From the NCBI GenBank assembly GCA_044222185.1, contig JBGANV010000002.1, positions 832,001-896,000 on the forward strand: 64,000 nucleotides of DNA, given 5' to 3'. This document shows positions 9,244 through 20,773 of this stretch, piece by piece. Both the position numbers and the translations under genes were made by a program. The first letter of the stretch is position 1. Every line of letters begins with the position of its first letter. The notes beneath the pieces are model-generated. The model was given only the letters and a program-made list of their open reading frames with translations, was not told the DNA's origin and did no database searches. The DNA is from Planctomycetota bacterium. Lineage in GTDB: Bacteria; Planctomycetota; GCA-002687715; CAIWVZ01.

Positions 9244-11497
9244 TCAGAAGTTCCCGATGGTGAATCCATCGGCGGAGCTGAGCCTGGGCCCGGATGGCAG
9301 CGTCAGCACGGCCTGGAAGTAGATGGTCGTGCCCACGGCACTGGGCGCCGACGGTGCGAGAGCCGAGATCGTCGTCAGAGCGCTCGCCGGAGATGTCCCG
9401 CTACCGACGACGAAGGCCGTCGCCGGATCGATCAGGACCGTTCCGAATGGCGCGAGCGCGACGGATCCGGGCGCGGCCGCCGCAACGAGCACCCACGGTG
9501 TCGTCGGCGCCGCACGAAGCTCCAGCGATGCGGGTCGCGAAAGTCGCGCGGGGAGGAGCGCGCCGAGCTGCGTCGTCGTGTTGGTGAGGATGCACGGGCC
9601 GACGCCGACGAGGTCTACGTCGCCGTCCCGGTCGAAGTCCGCGGCCGTGACGGGGATCGACAGTCGCATGGGCAGCAGCTCCCAACTGCCCCAGCCCCCG
9701 GGTTGGCGGCGGAGGAGGCGGCCGTCCGCCTGAACGAGATCGAGATCTCCGTCGCCGTCCACGTCGATCAGCGCATCCTTCGACGGCCAGACGACGGAGC
9801 CGAAGTAGGGCGGTGGGGTCGCTCCGCTCACCGCGAAGACGCCGGTTCCGGAGTTCAGGGAGATCGTCCAGTCCATGATGAGGTCGACGTCGCCGTCTTG
9901 ATCGATGTCGCCGACACAGACCGACTGCCGCTCGTTCGTCGGGAACGGTGCCGCGGTGAACGTGCCCGCTCCATCGTTCAGGAAGAGGGCGCTCGACTCC
10001 GTCCCGTTGAGATTGGAGTTGGCTTCGATCAGATCCAGGTCCCCGTCGCTGTCGACGTCGGCCAGTTCGACGTCGAACGTGGCGTGCGCCGGAAGGGCTA
10101 CGGGGGCTGCGAACGTCCCGTTGCCGAGGTTGCGGATGATCAGCGTCGATGCGAGGAACGAATTGGGAGTGAAGGGGTTGCCGTTGGCGCGCCGGGCGAC
10201 GACGAGGTCGGGGAGGCCGTCACCATTCAGGTCCCCGCTGCGCACCGCCGTGGTCCTGCGATCCCATCAACGTTCCCGGTGCGGGCACGAGGTGGCCCTG
10301 GGAATCGTTGAACAGGACGAGGTGGCCGCCGCCATATCGGGCGACGACGTCCTGATCGCCGTCCACGTCGACGTCGACGCGCAGGAGGCGCAGCTCGAGG
10401 AAGTCCTGCGTCGCCGGTTTCGGCGCGGCCACGAGCACGGTTTGGATCGCGGCGCCGACGACGCCCGACGTGGAGATCGGATGAACGGTGATCGCGAGAG
10501 CGGACCGCACGATCAACTCCGGGCGCCCGTCGCCGTCGACGTCGACGAGCGCTGGGACTCCCGGGCTCGGAATGGGGCCGACCACGGGCGCAGCGAACGT
10601 ACTTGCGCCCGCGTTCAAGAGGACGCTGACCTGGGCGAGGCCCTCTGGCACGTCGATCACGTCGGGGCGTCCGTCGCCGTCGACGTCGCCGATGGCGAGG
10701 TGCTGTCCGAGGCTGAAGCCGAGTCCGACCGTCGCGGCCAGCGTGAACCCGTTGACGCCATCGTTGCGGAGCAGGAAGCCGAGTGAGCCCGCCGCGTGAG
10801 CCGCGGCGAAGACGTCCAGGTCGCCGTCGCCGTCGACGTCGGCCAGCAGGATCTGGGACGCGAAGCACGCGGTGTTGGCGGGAAACAGCCCCGTGACGTC
10901 GGTGAAGCCGCCCGAACCGTCGTTGCGCCACAGCCGCGGCGTGCTCGGGCTGGGAGTTCCGTTCGAGAGAGAGAACGGGGGATTCTCGAAACCGAAGACG
11001 ATGTCCAGATCTCCGTCGCCATCGACGTCACCCGCGGCGATCGCGGTCACGATGCCCGGCGGGAACTGGGGAAGTCCCGTCGTGGCAGTCGTGAACGACC
11101 CGGCGAGGTTGTTGACGCGGAGTGTTGCGAGTGCGAGCGACGCGTAGCTCGTCTGGTTGATCGAGAGCACGTCGGGGAATCCATCGCCGTTCATGTCGCC
11201 GGCGACCGTCAACGGGTCGTCAGGCCGGATGAAGTAACCCGCGGTCGCCGCCGACAGTCCCAGCAGCGGCGCGGGTGTCACCTGCCGCGTGAAGCTCCCG
11301 TGGCCGTCGTTCACGAGAATCCCCGAGTTCTCCGTCAGCAGGTCCATGTCGCCGTCGGCGTCGAAGTCGATCGGCTGCGCCACGAGCGTCGTCGGCGACG
11401 GAATCAGTTCCTTCGCCAACAGGTACGGAGTCGTCTGGGCACGCGCCTGCGCAGCGACGAGGACGGCCGTGGAGAGGAGAGCCCGAAACGATGCCAT
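9244..11497 (-). pseudogene. Secreted FG-GAP/VCBS-repeat protein split by a +1 frameshift near 10245-10265
   Basis: ORFs 10220-11497 and 9244-10245 overlap in different frames and both carry GDxDGDGDLD repeats. Removing one base joins ...TLMGSQ to TTAVRSGDLNGDG. Could be an assembly error. Confidence 0.7.
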
Positions 11498-11664
11498 GTG
11501 ACCTCCGCGCCCTGAGCCATGCAAGCGGCGCTCCGAGGGGTGATCGCGCAATCCACCCCAGGAGTCCGGCGCGCGCGCGCCGCTCGGCGGCCCCCGGGAC
11601 GTTACCGGCGGGTAATCCCCCGACCGGATCGGACGCCGCTCCCGTGACTGTTAGCCTGCGCGCC

Positions 11665-12588
11665 GTGAGCAGCCGGACCCTTTCCCGCGTCGTCGTCATC
11701 GCGCTTTCGCTCGTCACTTTGATGATTGCGGGGTGCTCCGGAGTCGATCCGGAGGTTCTCGCCGTCGAGAGCCGTCCCGTGGTCGAATCGCGAGCGACGG
11801 CCGCCAGCGAACTGATGCGGGGCACGGACCTGCGCAGCCGCGTGCGCGAGGACACGGCGGGTCGCCTGCGTGAATCCCTCGGTGCCTTCGAGAACGCGCG
11901 TGCGCTCGGCAGTCCCGACGCGGCGGAGCGCAAGGAGATCCTGACGAAGGCCGCCGAGGTGTGCTTCGACCTCGCGACCGTCCTGTCGGACGCGGATCCC
12001 AAGGGCCCGGAGCTTCTGCCGCTCTTCGAGAAGAGCAAGAACTACGCGTTCGAATGCCTGCTCCTCGTCCCCGAGTTCAGGGCGCTCATGGAGACGACGA
12101 AGAACCGCGTCGACAAGGACGCCGTCGCACTCGTGCCCAAGCCCTACGCGAGCGTGTTGCTCCTCATGGCGTCGGCCTGGGGCCGGAGCGCGCAGTTGCG
12201 CGGCACCTTCGCCGAGATGGCCGATCATCCGAAACTCGTCGTGCTGGCGCGACGGGCGTTGGAACTCGACGAGACGGTTCAGTTCGCCGGACCGCATCGC
12301 TTCTTCGGCGCCTATTACGCGGCGCTGCCGGGGATCGCCGGCGGCGACATGAAGAAGAGCCGGACGCACTTCGATCGTGCGATCGAGCTCGCGCCGCAGT
12401 TCCTCGACAACCACGTCATGCTCGCGAGCGACTGGGCGTTGGAGGAAGGCGATCGCGACCTCGCCAGGCGCGAGATCGAGTTCGTCCTGAGTCAGACGAT
12501 CGCCGACTCGGATCCGCTCTGGCTCGATCAGACGCGCGCGCAGGCCGAGGCTCGCAAGCTCTTCTTGCGGCTCGACGCCGGCAAATGA
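11665..12588 (+). CDS. TRAP transporter TatT-like TPR lipoprotein
   Basis: Lipobox IAGC and the C-terminal HRFFGAYYAALPGIAGGDMKKSRTHFDRAIEL segment typical of TatT. Start uncertain. Confidence 0.75.
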   Translation: MSSRTLSRVVVIALSLVTLMIAGCSGVDPEVLAVESRPVVESRATAASELMRGTDLRSRVREDTAGRLRESLGAFENARALGSPDAAERKEILTKAAEVCFDLATVLSDADPKGPELLPLFEKSKNYAFECLLLVPEFRALMETTKNRVDKDAVALVPKPYASVLLLMASAWGRSAQLRGTFAEMADHPKLVVLARRALELDETVQFAGPHRFFGAYYAALPGIAGGDMKKSRTHFDRAIELAPQFLDNHVMLASDWALEEGDRDLARREIEFVLSQTIADSDPLWLDQTRAQAEARKLFLRLDAGK

Positions 12589-12604
12589 CGGCGACGGGCC
12601 CGCG

Positions 12605-13345
12605 TCACGGGGAGTCGTCGACGTTGAGGCGATAACCGATGCCCACCTCCGTCTGGAGGATGCGGGCGCTCGCGTTCTTCTCGAGCTTGCGCCGCAAATG
12701 AGTCATGTAGACGCGCAGGTAGTGTGGCTGCGCGCCGCTGCGCGGTCCCCACACGCTCGCGAGGAGCTGGGCGTGCGTCACGAGCTTCCCTGCGTGGCGG
12801 ACGAGCGTCGCGAGGATGCGGAACTCGATTGGCGTCAGGTGAGTCTCGTCGCCGCCGATGAAGACCCGATGCGCGGCCAGGTCCACGCGAAGCGGCCCGA
12901 CGGTGAAGACGCTCCCGCCCTTGCCGTCCGCCGCGCCGGCGGGCGGACCGCGGCGCATGACGGCCCGCAGCCTCGCCATCAGCTCGGGTACGCCGAACGG
13001 TTTCGTCAGGTAGTCGTCCGCGCCGGCGTCGAGGGCGGCGACCTTGTCCGATTCGCGACCGCGCGCCGACACGACGACGATGGGAATCGTGGACCACTCG
13101 CGCAGGCGCTTCGTGACGTCGATGCCGTCCATGTCGGGGAGACCGAGGTCGAGGAGGATCGCGTCAGGCATGTGGTCGGCCGCGAACCGCAGGGCCTCCG
13201 CGCCGTTGCGGGCTTCGATGTATCGAAAACCGTGCGCCGACAGGCTCGCGCGGAGGAACTTGAGGATCGGGGCCTCGTCCTCGACGACGAGGATCGCAGG
13301 ACCCGGCGATCCGCCTTCGGGGCGTTGCGACTCGGACGGAGTCAC
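12605..13345 (-). CDS. kdpE: KDP response regulator
   Basis: ILVVEDE, DLGLPDMDG, GADDYLTKPF and YLRVYMTHLRRKLE. GTG overlaps the kdpD stop. Confidence 0.93.
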   Translation of the reverse strand: MTPSESQRPEGGSPGPAILVVEDEAPILKFLRASLSAHGFRYIEARNGAEALRFAADHMPDAILLDLGLPDMDGIDVTKRLREWSTIPIVVVSARGRESDKVAALDAGADDYLTKPFGVPELMARLRAVMRRGPPAGAADGKGGSVFTVGPLRVDLAAHRVFIGGDETHLTPIEFRILATLVRHAGKLVTHAQLLASVWGPRSGAQPHYLRVYMTHLRRKLEKNASARILQTEVGIGYRLNVDDSP

Positions 13346-16029
13346 GGTGCCATTTCCCCCTCGTCGCCCTGTGGCGCCGGATCCTCGCAACCCTCGCCAT
13401 CGGGGATCGTCAGCGTGAACACGGCGCCGTTCGTCGGTCGATTCGATCCCGTGAGCGTGCCGCCGTGAATGGACGCGATCGCGCGTGACACCGTGAGTCC
13501 GAGACCGGCGCCGCGAGCCCGCTCTGCGCCGACGCCGCGATGGAACCGGTCGAAGATCCGCTCCTCGTCGCCGGGGGCGATTCCGGGGCCGTCGTCCGCA
13601 ACCGTGACGACGACGTCGCGCGCGTCGCGCACGCCGCGGATCACGACGTGCGCCTGCGGCGACGTGAACTTGGCGGCGTTCTCCAGCAGGTTGACGAGCA
13701 CCTGCTCGATGAGGGTCGGGTCCGCGTGGATCAGGAGCACGTCCGAGGGTACGTCGACGGCGACGTCTCGCCGACCCATGACGGAATCGACCCGGCGTCT
13801 GGCGCCGGCGATGATCTCCTCCAGCGGGCACCACTGACGGCGCACGGTCATGGCGCCCGACTGGATCCGGGTGAGCTCGAGCAGGTTGTGCACGAGCCGC
13901 TCGAGTCGCTCCGCCTGGTCGCGGATCGACTCGGCGAGATCGCGCCGGACCTCTGCCGACGCCGGCTCCGTCGCGTCCGCCAGCGTCGTCGCCGCACCCG
14001 TGATCGCCGCCAGTGGCGTCCGCAGATCGTGCGACACGGAGCTCAACAGGTCATTCCGCAGCCGTTCGGATTCGGCGGTGAGGCGCGCGGCGGCCGCCTC
14101 CTCGTCGAGCCGCGCGCGCTCGATGGCGAGGGCCGTCTGCCGCACGGCGTTGTCGAGGAGTTGCCGCTGGCTCGGCGTGAACCCCGTCGCGCGCGCGCCC
14201 AATGCGACCGCGACCACGCCGAGTGAGCGCGTCGCGCCCGCGAGGGGCAGGAAGAGGTCGGTGCCGCCCGGCAGCGTTTCCGTTCCCGCGCCGGCCGGTC
14301 GTCCATGCTCGAAGACCCAGCGCGCCACCGTCGCGTCCCGGGATCCGTCGGATTCGGAGTCGAGGTTCCCACGGGCGTCGGCGAGAGCCATCGTCACCGT
14401 CGTGTCGAACATCTCGCTCAAGTGCCGGGCCGCGGCGGCGGCGATCCCCGCGCAGTCGCGACTGGCGGCGAAGTCGCGGCTCATGGCGTAGAGCGCGGCC
14501 GTGCGGTGCTCGCGTTCGCGGGCGGTCTGGGCTTGTGCGCGGACGCGGGCCGTGAGCCCGCTGACCATCAGGCCCGTGAGCGTGAGCACGCCGAAGGTCA
14601 CGAGGTGGCGCAGATCCGCCACGTCGAACGTGAGGAACGGCTCCACGAAGAAGAAGTCGAACGCGGCGACGGAGGCGAGCGACGAGAGGAGCGATGGACC
14701 GCGCGACGTCCGACTCGAGACGAACAGGATGGCGAGCACGTAGATCATCGCGTGATCGGCGATGTTGAGGATCGGTCGGCCCAACAGGCCGATGCCGGTC
14801 GCCACGGCGACGGCACCGGCGGCGATCGCGTAGTCGGCGAAACGGAAGCCGCGCTCATGGGCGACCGGTGCGGCGGGAGGCTCGGACGCATCGTCCCCGG
14901 CGGTGACGAGGACGTCGATGGACCCCGAGCGCGCGATGAGGTCACGAACGAGCACGCCGGCGCCACGGCCGCGCACCGAGCCGGGCTTGCCGACGATGAT
15001 TCGCGTCACGTTGCGCGCGTTGGCGACCGCAAGGATCTCCGCGGCGGCGTCATCGCCCGTCACGGTGATGGTCTCGGCACCGAGGCGCTCGGCAAGATCG
15101 ATGTTGGACGCCAACCGGTCACGGTCCGCGTGGGAGAGGCGCTCGCTATCGGCTGTTTCGACGGAGAGCGCGAGCCACGGCGCGCGCAGGCCCGACGCCA
15201 TGCGATATGCGGCGCGCAAGAGGCTGGCCGAGTGCGGCGACGGGCTGATCGCCACGAGAAGACGCTCGCTCGTCGCCCACGGCTGCGCGATGCCCTGCTC
15301 GATCTTGTAGGTCGACGCCTGTTGGTCGACGCGCTCGGCGGCCCTCCGCATGGCGAGCTCGCGCAGAGCGATGAGGTTCCCCTTGCGGAAGAAGTTATCG
15401 ACGGCGCGTTCCGCCTGCTCGCCCCCGTAGATCTTGCCTTCGCGCAGGCGGCGGAGGAGGTCGTCCGGCGGGAGGTCGACGAGTTCGATTTCGTCCGCCC
15501 GGTCGAACGCCGTGTCGGGGATCGTCTCGCGGACGCGGATCCCCGTGATCTGCGCCACGACGTCGTTCAGGCTGAGGATGTGCTGGACGTTCAGCGTCGT
15601 CCACACGTCGATGCCAGCGTCGAGCAGGTCCTGGACGTCCTGCCAGCGGCGTGCGTGGCGGGTGCCGGGGACGTTCGCGTGGGCGTACTCGTCGATGAGC
15701 GCGAGCGCCGGACGGCGAGCGAGCATGGCCTCGCAGTCGAACTCGGCGAGGGTGCGTCCCTCGTACGGGAGGAGGCGCGGCGCGAGTCGTTCGAACCCAC
15801 GAGCCATGGCTTCCGTTTCGGGACGACCGTGCGTCTCGATCCAACCGATCACGACGTCGCGCCCGTCGGCGACCTGCGCGCGGGCCGCCTCGAGCATGGC
15901 GAACGTCTTGCCGACGCCGGGCGCGAATCCGATGAACACCTTCAGCCGACCCTGCTTGCGGGCTGCTTCCTCCGACCGCGCACGCTCGAGCATGGCATCG
16001 GGATCCGGTCGGCGTTCGGTGTTGGCCAT
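13342..16029 (-). CDS. kdpD: Sensor histidine kinase KdpD
   Basis: GRLKVFIGFAPGVGKT, USP domain, 4 TM, GAF, SVSHDLRTPL, HATPase. Confidence 0.96.
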   Translation of the reverse strand: MANTERRPDPDAMLERARSEEAARKQGRLKVFIGFAPGVGKTFAMLEAARAQVADGRDVVIGWIETHGRPETEAMARGFERLAPRLLPYEGRTLAEFDCEAMLARRPALALIDEYAHANVPGTRHARRWQDVQDLLDAGIDVWTTLNVQHILSLNDVVAQITGIRVRETIPDTAFDRADEIELVDLPPDDLLRRLREGKIYGGEQAERAVDNFFRKGNLIALRELAMRRAAERVDQQASTYKIEQGIAQPWATSERLLVAISPSPHSASLLRAAYRMASGLRAPWLALSVETADSERLSHADRDRLASNIDLAERLGAETITVTGDDAAAEILAVANARNVTRIIVGKPGSVRGRGAGVLVRDLIARSGSIDVLVTAGDDASEPPAAPVAHERGFRFADYAIAAGAVAVATGIGLLGRPILNIADHAMIYVLAILFVSSRTSRGPSLLSSLASVAAFDFFFVEPFLTFDVADLRHLVTFGVLTLTGLMVSGLTARVRAQAQTAREREHRTAALYAMSRDFAASRDCAGIAAAAARHLSEMFDTTVTMALADARGNLDSESDGSRDATVARWVFEHGRPAGAGTETLPGGTDLFLPLAGATRSLGVVAVALGARATGFTPSQRQLLDNAVRQTALAIERARLDEEAAAARLTAESERLRNDLLSSVSHDLRTPLAAITGAATTLADATEPASAEVRRDLAESIRDQAERLERLVHNLLELTRIQSGAMTVRRQWCPLEEIIAGARRRVDSVMGRRDVAVDVPSDVLLIHADPTLIEQVLVNLLENAAKFTSPQAHVVIRGVRDARDVVVTVADDGPGIAPGDEERIFDRFHRGVGAERARGAGLGLTVSRAIASIHGGTLTGSNRPTNGAVFTLTIPDGEGCEDPAPQGDEGEMAP

Positions 16030-16034
16030 GGGCG

Positions 16035-16604
16035 TCAGCGCAGCCGGTCGAGCGCGAGATTCAGGAGAAGGACGTTCACTCGCGAGCACCCGAGCATGCC
16101 GAACGTCGGACCCTCGGTCAACTCGGCGACGAGCGCCCGCACCCGGGGCTCTTCCAACCCTCGCGCACGCGCCACGCGGGCGACCTGCCGGTAGGCGGCT
16201 TCCGGTGTCACGTGCGGGTCGAGCCCGCTGGCGGATGCGGTGACGAGGTCCACGGGCACGACATCGGCTCCGGCGGGGTCGAGAGCTCGAACCGCCGCGG
16301 CGCGGGCGGAGACCACCGCTGCCAGTGCGGGGTTGGTCGGACCGAGGTTCGAGCCCGCCGAGTTGGCCGCATCGTAGGGGAAGGCCGCCGTCGCCGACGG
16401 CCGACCGTGGAACCATCTCGGCCCTGTGAACGACTGCCCGACCAGCTCGGAGCCGACGACGACGCCGTCCTTCATGACGAAACTCCCCGAAGCGCGATGG
16501 GGGAAGAACACGCGGGCGATCCCGGTGACCGTCAGTGGATAGATGAACCCGAGCAGCAGCGTGAATGCAGCGAGCAGGATGGCTGCTGGGCGGAAGTGAG
16601 TCAT
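16035..16604 (-). CDS. kdpC: K+-transporting ATPase subunit C
   Basis: GSELVGQSF..FHGRPSA, VTASASGLDPH, RVNVLLLNLALD. Confidence 0.95.
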   Translation of the reverse strand: MTHFRPAAILLAAFTLLLGFIYPLTVTGIARVFFPHRASGSFVMKDGVVVGSELVGQSFTGPRWFHGRPSATAAFPYDAANSAGSNLGPTNPALAAVVSARAAAVRALDPAGADVVPVDLVTASASGLDPHVTPEAAYRQVARVARARGLEEPRVRALVAELTEGPTFGMLGCSRVNVLLLNLALDRLR

Positions 16605-16612
16605 GGCGATTC

Positions 16613-18700
16613 TCACGCGAGGTGGAGCGCGCTCAGGCACACGTCCACGAGCTTGATGCCGGCGAAGGGGACCAGGAGTCCGCCGACGCCGTAGATGAGT
16701 AGGTTGCGACGCAGGAGACTCTCGGCCGAGGCTGGCCGGAACCGGACACCGCGCAGCGCGAGCGGGATCAGCGCGACGATGATGAGCGCGTTGAAGATGA
16801 CTGCCGACAGGATCGCACTCTGGGGCGTCTTCAGCCCCATGACGTTCAGTGCTCCGAGAGCGGGATGCGTGGCTGCGAACGCGGCCGGGATGATCGCGAA
16901 GTACTTCGAGACGTCGTTGGCGAGACTGAACGTCGTCAGCGCGCCCCGCGTGATGAGCAGCTGCTTGCCGATCTCGACGATCTCGATGAGCTTCGTCGGA
17001 TTGGAGTCGAGGTCCACCATGTTGGCGGCTTCCTTCGCCGCCTGCGTGCCCGAGTTCATGGCGACGGCGACGTCGGCCTGGGCCAGGGCGGGCGCGTCGT
17101 TCGTGCCGTCGCCCGTCATGGCGACGAGGTGGCCGCGACTCTGATGCTCGCGGATCAGTGCGAGCTTGCGCTCCGGCGTCGCGAGCGCGAGGAAATCGTC
17201 CACGCCAGCTTCGGCGGCGATCGACGCCGCCGTCATGGGGTTGTCGCCGGTGATCATCACCGTGCGGATGCCCATTCGGCGCAACTCGCCGAAGCGCTCG
17301 CGGATGTCGCGCTTGAGCACGTCCTTCAGGTGGATCACGCCCAGGACCTGGGCTCCGTCGGAGACCACGAGCGGGGTGCCACCGCTCTTGGCGATCGCCA
17401 TGACTGCATCTCGCACGTCCTTCGGGATCACGCCGCCCTGCGGACGGATCCAGTCGGCCACCGCGTCTTCGGCGCCCTTGCGGAGGCGGCGACCGTCCGG
17501 CAGGTCGACACCGCTCATGCGCGTCTCCGCGGAGAACGGCACGAAGGTTCCGCACACGGCGCGGACGTCGCGGGGCGCGAGCCCGAAGCGCTCGCGCGCG
17601 AGCGCGACGATGCTGCGGCCCTCCGGCGTCTCGTCGGCGAGCGACGCGATCTGCGCCACGTCGGCCAGCCGTTCGCGCGTGATGCCGTTCGCGGGCGTGA
17701 ATTCGATCGCCTGGCGGTTGCCGAGCGTGATCGTCCCCGTCTTGTCGAGCAGCAGAACGCTGACGTCACCTGCGGCTTCGACGGCGCGACCTGACGTGGC
17801 GATGACGTTGTGTCGCACCATGCGGTCCATTCCGGCGATCCCGATGGCGGAAAGGAGCGCGCCGATCGTCGTGGGGATGAGGCACACGAGGAGCGCGATC
17901 AGGACCACGAGCGACAGCCCGCCGCTTGCGCCGCCGAACGCCGAGAACGGCCGCAGTGTGACCGTCACCACGAGGAAGACGATCGTCAGTCCGGCGAGCA
18001 GGATGTCGAGGGCGATCTCGTTCGGGGTCTTCTTCCGGCGTGCGCCTTCGACGAGCGCGATCATGCGGTCGAGGAAGGTGGAGCCAGCCTCGGTTGCGAC
18101 CTCGACGACGAGCCAGTCGGAAAGGACGCGCGTCCCGCCGGTGACGGCACTGCGGTCGCCGCCGGCCTCGCGAATCACTGGAGCGCTCTCGCCAGTGATG
18201 GCGCTCTCGTCGACGGACGCGATTCCTTCCTTCACGTCGCCGTCGCATGGGATGATCTCGCCGGCCTCGACGATCACCCAATCACCCTTGGACAGGCTCG
18301 ACGACGGCACCTTCTCGAAGAATGCCTCGCGCGAGTGCTCGAACAGGCGGCGGGCGATCACGTTCTCGCGCGTCTTCCGCAGTTCGTCCGCCTGCGCCTT
18401 GCCCCGTCCCTCGGCGACGGCCTCGGCGAAGTTCGCGAAGATCAGCGTGAACCACAGCCACGCGGAGATCGCGATCTCGAAGCCGACGTCGCCGCCGCCT
18501 CGGTGCAGCGTCCATGCGACGTTCACCGTGGTGAGGGCGGAACCCACCCAGACGACGAACATCACGGGGTTTCGGAGCTGGCGCTGCGGCGCGAGCCGGA
18601 CGATGGCGTCGCGGATCGCGCGACGGATCAACGGGCCTCGGAAGCCCGACCGCGAGACGCGAGCCTTCTGGTCCGGCTGGATACGGCTGACGGCATTCAT
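16613..18700 (-). CDS. kdpB: K+-transporting ATPase subunit B
   Basis: [29 protein letters not shown]. Confidence 0.97.
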   Translation of the reverse strand: MNAVSRIQPDQKARVSRSGFRGPLIRRAIRDAIVRLAPQRQLRNPVMFVVWVGSALTTVNVAWTLHRGGGDVGFEIAISAWLWFTLIFANFAEAVAEGRGKAQADELRKTRENVIARRLFEHSREAFFEKVPSSSLSKGDWVIVEAGEIIPCDGDVKEGIASVDESAITGESAPVIREAGGDRSAVTGGTRVLSDWLVVEVATEAGSTFLDRMIALVEGARRKKTPNEIALDILLAGLTIVFLVVTVTLRPFSAFGGASGGLSLVVLIALLVCLIPTTIGALLSAIGIAGMDRMVRHNVIATSGRAVEAAGDVSVLLLDKTGTITLGNRQAIEFTPANGITRERLADVAQIASLADETPEGRSIVALARERFGLAPRDVRAVCGTFVPFSAETRMSGVDLPDGRRLRKGAEDAVADWIRPQGGVIPKDVRDAVMAIAKSGGTPLVVSDGAQVLGVIHLKDVLKRDIRERFGELRRMGIRTVMITGDNPMTAASIAAEAGVDDFLALATPERKLALIREHQSRGHLVAMTGDGTNDAPALAQADVAVAMNSGTQAAKEAANMVDLDSNPTKLIEIVEIGKQLLITRGALTTFSLANDVSKYFAIIPAAFAATHPALGALNVMGLKTPQSAILSAVIFNALIIVALIPLALRGVRFRPASAESLLRRNLLIYGVGGLLVPFAGIKLVDVCLSALHLA

Positions 18701-18708
18701 GGGATCGA

Positions 18709-20418
18709 TCACCGCCCTTTCATCATCAGGTGCTCGACGATCGGGCCGAGCGCGAGCGCCGGCACGAACGTGAGCGCAGCAACCAGGAGGACCGATCCGA
18801 GCAACAGCACGACGAAGAGGACGCCGTGGGTCGGTAGCGTCCCCGGGCCCGCAGGGATCGACTTCTTCGCGGCGAGCGAGCCGGCGATGGCGAGCACGGG
18901 AATCGCGAGGAAGTAGCGGCCGAGCACCATCGCCACGCCCAGAACCGTGTCGTAGAAAGGCGTGTTCGCGCCGAGTCCCGCGAACGCGCTCCCGTTGTTG
19001 TTCGCCGCCGACGAGAAGGCGTAGAGAATCTCCGAGAACCCGTGGGGTCCCGGGTTGGCGATCCCGGCGAGACCCGCCTCGCACGAGACCGCGAGCGCCG
19101 TGCCCATCAGGACGGTGAGCACGGGGATCAGGACGACGAGGGACGCCATCTTGATCTCGAAGGCTTCGATCTTCTTGCCCAGGTACTCGGGCGTGCGACC
19201 GACCATGAGCCCCGCGATGAACACGGCGATGATCGCGAAGACGAGCATGCCGTAAAGACCCGAGCCGACGCCGCCGAACACCACCTCGCCGAGCTGCATG
19301 AAGAGCATCTGGACGAGGCCGCCCATGGGAACGAACGAGTCGTGCATCGCGTTGACGGAGCCGTTCGACGCGGCCGTCGTCGCCGCGGACCACAGGGCCG
19401 ATTCGGCTGCGCCGAAACGGACCTCCTTGCCTTCGAGGTTCGGGACGCTGGCCCCCGAAGGCGCCCCGACGGCCGCCGACAGCGTCGGTGTTCCGTTCGT
19501 CTCGCCGGCGATCACGGAGGCCGCGAGCGGCACGAACAGGAGCATCATCGCGATGAAGATCACGCGCCCCTGGCGCCCGTCACCGACGAGCCGGCCGAAC
19601 GTGAAGCACAGCGCCGCGGGAAGGAGGAGGATCGAGAACAGTTCGAGGAACCCCGTCAGCGGCGTTGGGTTCTCGAACGGATGCGCGGAGTTCGCGTTGA
19701 AGAACCCGCCGCCGTTCGTGCCGAGTTGCTTGATGGCGACCTGCGAGGCCACGGGGCCGAGCGGGATCGTCTGCGTTGCGACCGTCGCTGAATCGAGTCC
19801 GCGCACGGACGTGCTCGGGGAGAGCGACTGCACGACGCCGAGGCCGCACAGCGTGATCGCGAGCACGAACGAGAGCGGGAGAAGGACGTAGACGACGCTG
19901 CGAACGAGGTCGGCCCAGAAGTTCCCGATTGTCGTGGATTCGCGTCGCGAAAAGCCCCGCACGAACGCGACGAGAACGGCGATTCCCGTTGCAGCCGACA
20001 CGAAGTTCTGCACTCCGAGTGCGGCCATCTGCGAGAGGTGGCTCATGGTCGATTCGCCGCCGTAGGACTGCCAGTTCGTGTTCGTGGCGAAGCTCAACGC
20101 GGTGTTCAGCGCGCAGTCTGGTGACACGGCGGGCAGGTGATCCGGGTTGAGCGGGAGGAGCGGCTGCAGGCGCAGGATGGCGTAGACGGCGCCGGCCCCG
20201 AGCGCGTTGAACACGAGCATGGCGACCGTGTAGGTCTTCCAGCTCATCTCCCGTGCCGGATCGACCTGCGCGACCGCATACAGCGTGCGTTCGATGGGGC
20301 CGAGGACACGCCCGAGTCCCGTGGGCTGACCCATGAACACGCGGGCGATCCAGCGGCCCACGGGAACCCCGAGCGCGCACAGGGCGGAGACTTGGAGGAC
20401 GAGAGGGATCCAGGTCAT
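18709..20418 (-). CDS. kdpA: K+-transporting ATPase subunit A
   Basis: [48 protein letters not shown]. Confidence 0.97.
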   Translation of the reverse strand: MTWIPLVLQVSALCALGVPVGRWIARVFMGQPTGLGRVLGPIERTLYAVAQVDPAREMSWKTYTVAMLVFNALGAGAVYAILRLQPLLPLNPDHLPAVSPDCALNTALSFATNTNWQSYGGESTMSHLSQMAALGVQNFVSAATGIAVLVAFVRGFSRRESTTIGNFWADLVRSVVYVLLPLSFVLAITLCGLGVVQSLSPSTSVRGLDSATVATQTIPLGPVASQVAIKQLGTNGGGFFNANSAHPFENPTPLTGFLELFSILLLPAALCFTFGRLVGDGRQGRVIFIAMMLLFVPLAASVIAGETNGTPTLSAAVGAPSGASVPNLEGKEVRFGAAESALWSAATTAASNGSVNAMHDSFVPMGGLVQMLFMQLGEVVFGGVGSGLYGMLVFAIIAVFIAGLMVGRTPEYLGKKIEAFEIKMASLVVLIPVLTVLMGTALAVSCEAGLAGIANPGPHGFSEILYAFSSAANNNGSAFAGLGANTPFYDTVLGVAMVLGRYFLAIPVLAIAGSLAAKKSIPAGPGTLPTHGVLFVVLLLGSVLLVAALTFVPALALGPIVEHLMMKGR

Positions 20419-20422
20419 GACG

Positions 20423-20515
20423 TCACTCGATCGATTCGGGTCGCAGCAGCGCGACGAAGAGGTAGATCAAGAGCCCGACGGCGAGGACGCAGGCGATCGC
20501 GGTCATGGTCTCCAT
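20423..20515 (-). CDS. kdpF: KdpF (30 aa; not in the ORF track)
   Basis: Hand translation METMTAIACVLAVGLLIYLFVALLRPESIE, with the KdpF signature YLFxALLRPE directly upstream of kdpA. Confidence 0.9.
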   Translation of the reverse strand: METMTAIACVLAVGLLIYLFVALLRPESIE

Positions 20516-20521
20516 GGACGC

Positions 20522-20605
20522 TCACTTCACGCGTTCGCAGAGACCCGCGAACGCGAACGCGGCGAGGAAGAGGACGGCGAGGACGGCGACGCAGATCAGG
20601 TCCAT
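20522..20605 (-). CDS. 27-aa hydrophobic micro-peptide heading the kdp operon
   Basis: MDLICVAVLAVLFLAAFAFAGLCERVK with a strong AAGGAG RBS; stop lies 6 bp before kdpF. Confidence 0.75.
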   Translation of the reverse strand: MDLICVAVLAVLFLAAFAFAGLCERVK

Positions 20606-20773
20606 CGGGGGCTCCTTCAGGGACACGTGGAGTTGTAGGAGCGGGCACGTGGACGTCGCGCAGAGTTGGGACCTTTCGGCGCTAGGGCGGCGCTAGCGAC
20701 GTCGCTTCCTCGTCATCCCGGGCGCGTGCGTTTCCCAGACGGTCGTTGCCAGAAAACGTGAAGGTGTGCCATC

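Noticed and set aside
9700-11380. Recurrent GTCGCCGTCGACGTC-like nucleotide repeats
   Set aside because: These encode FG-GAP DxDGDG motifs. Spacing is irregular and there are no cas genes, so not a CRISPR array.
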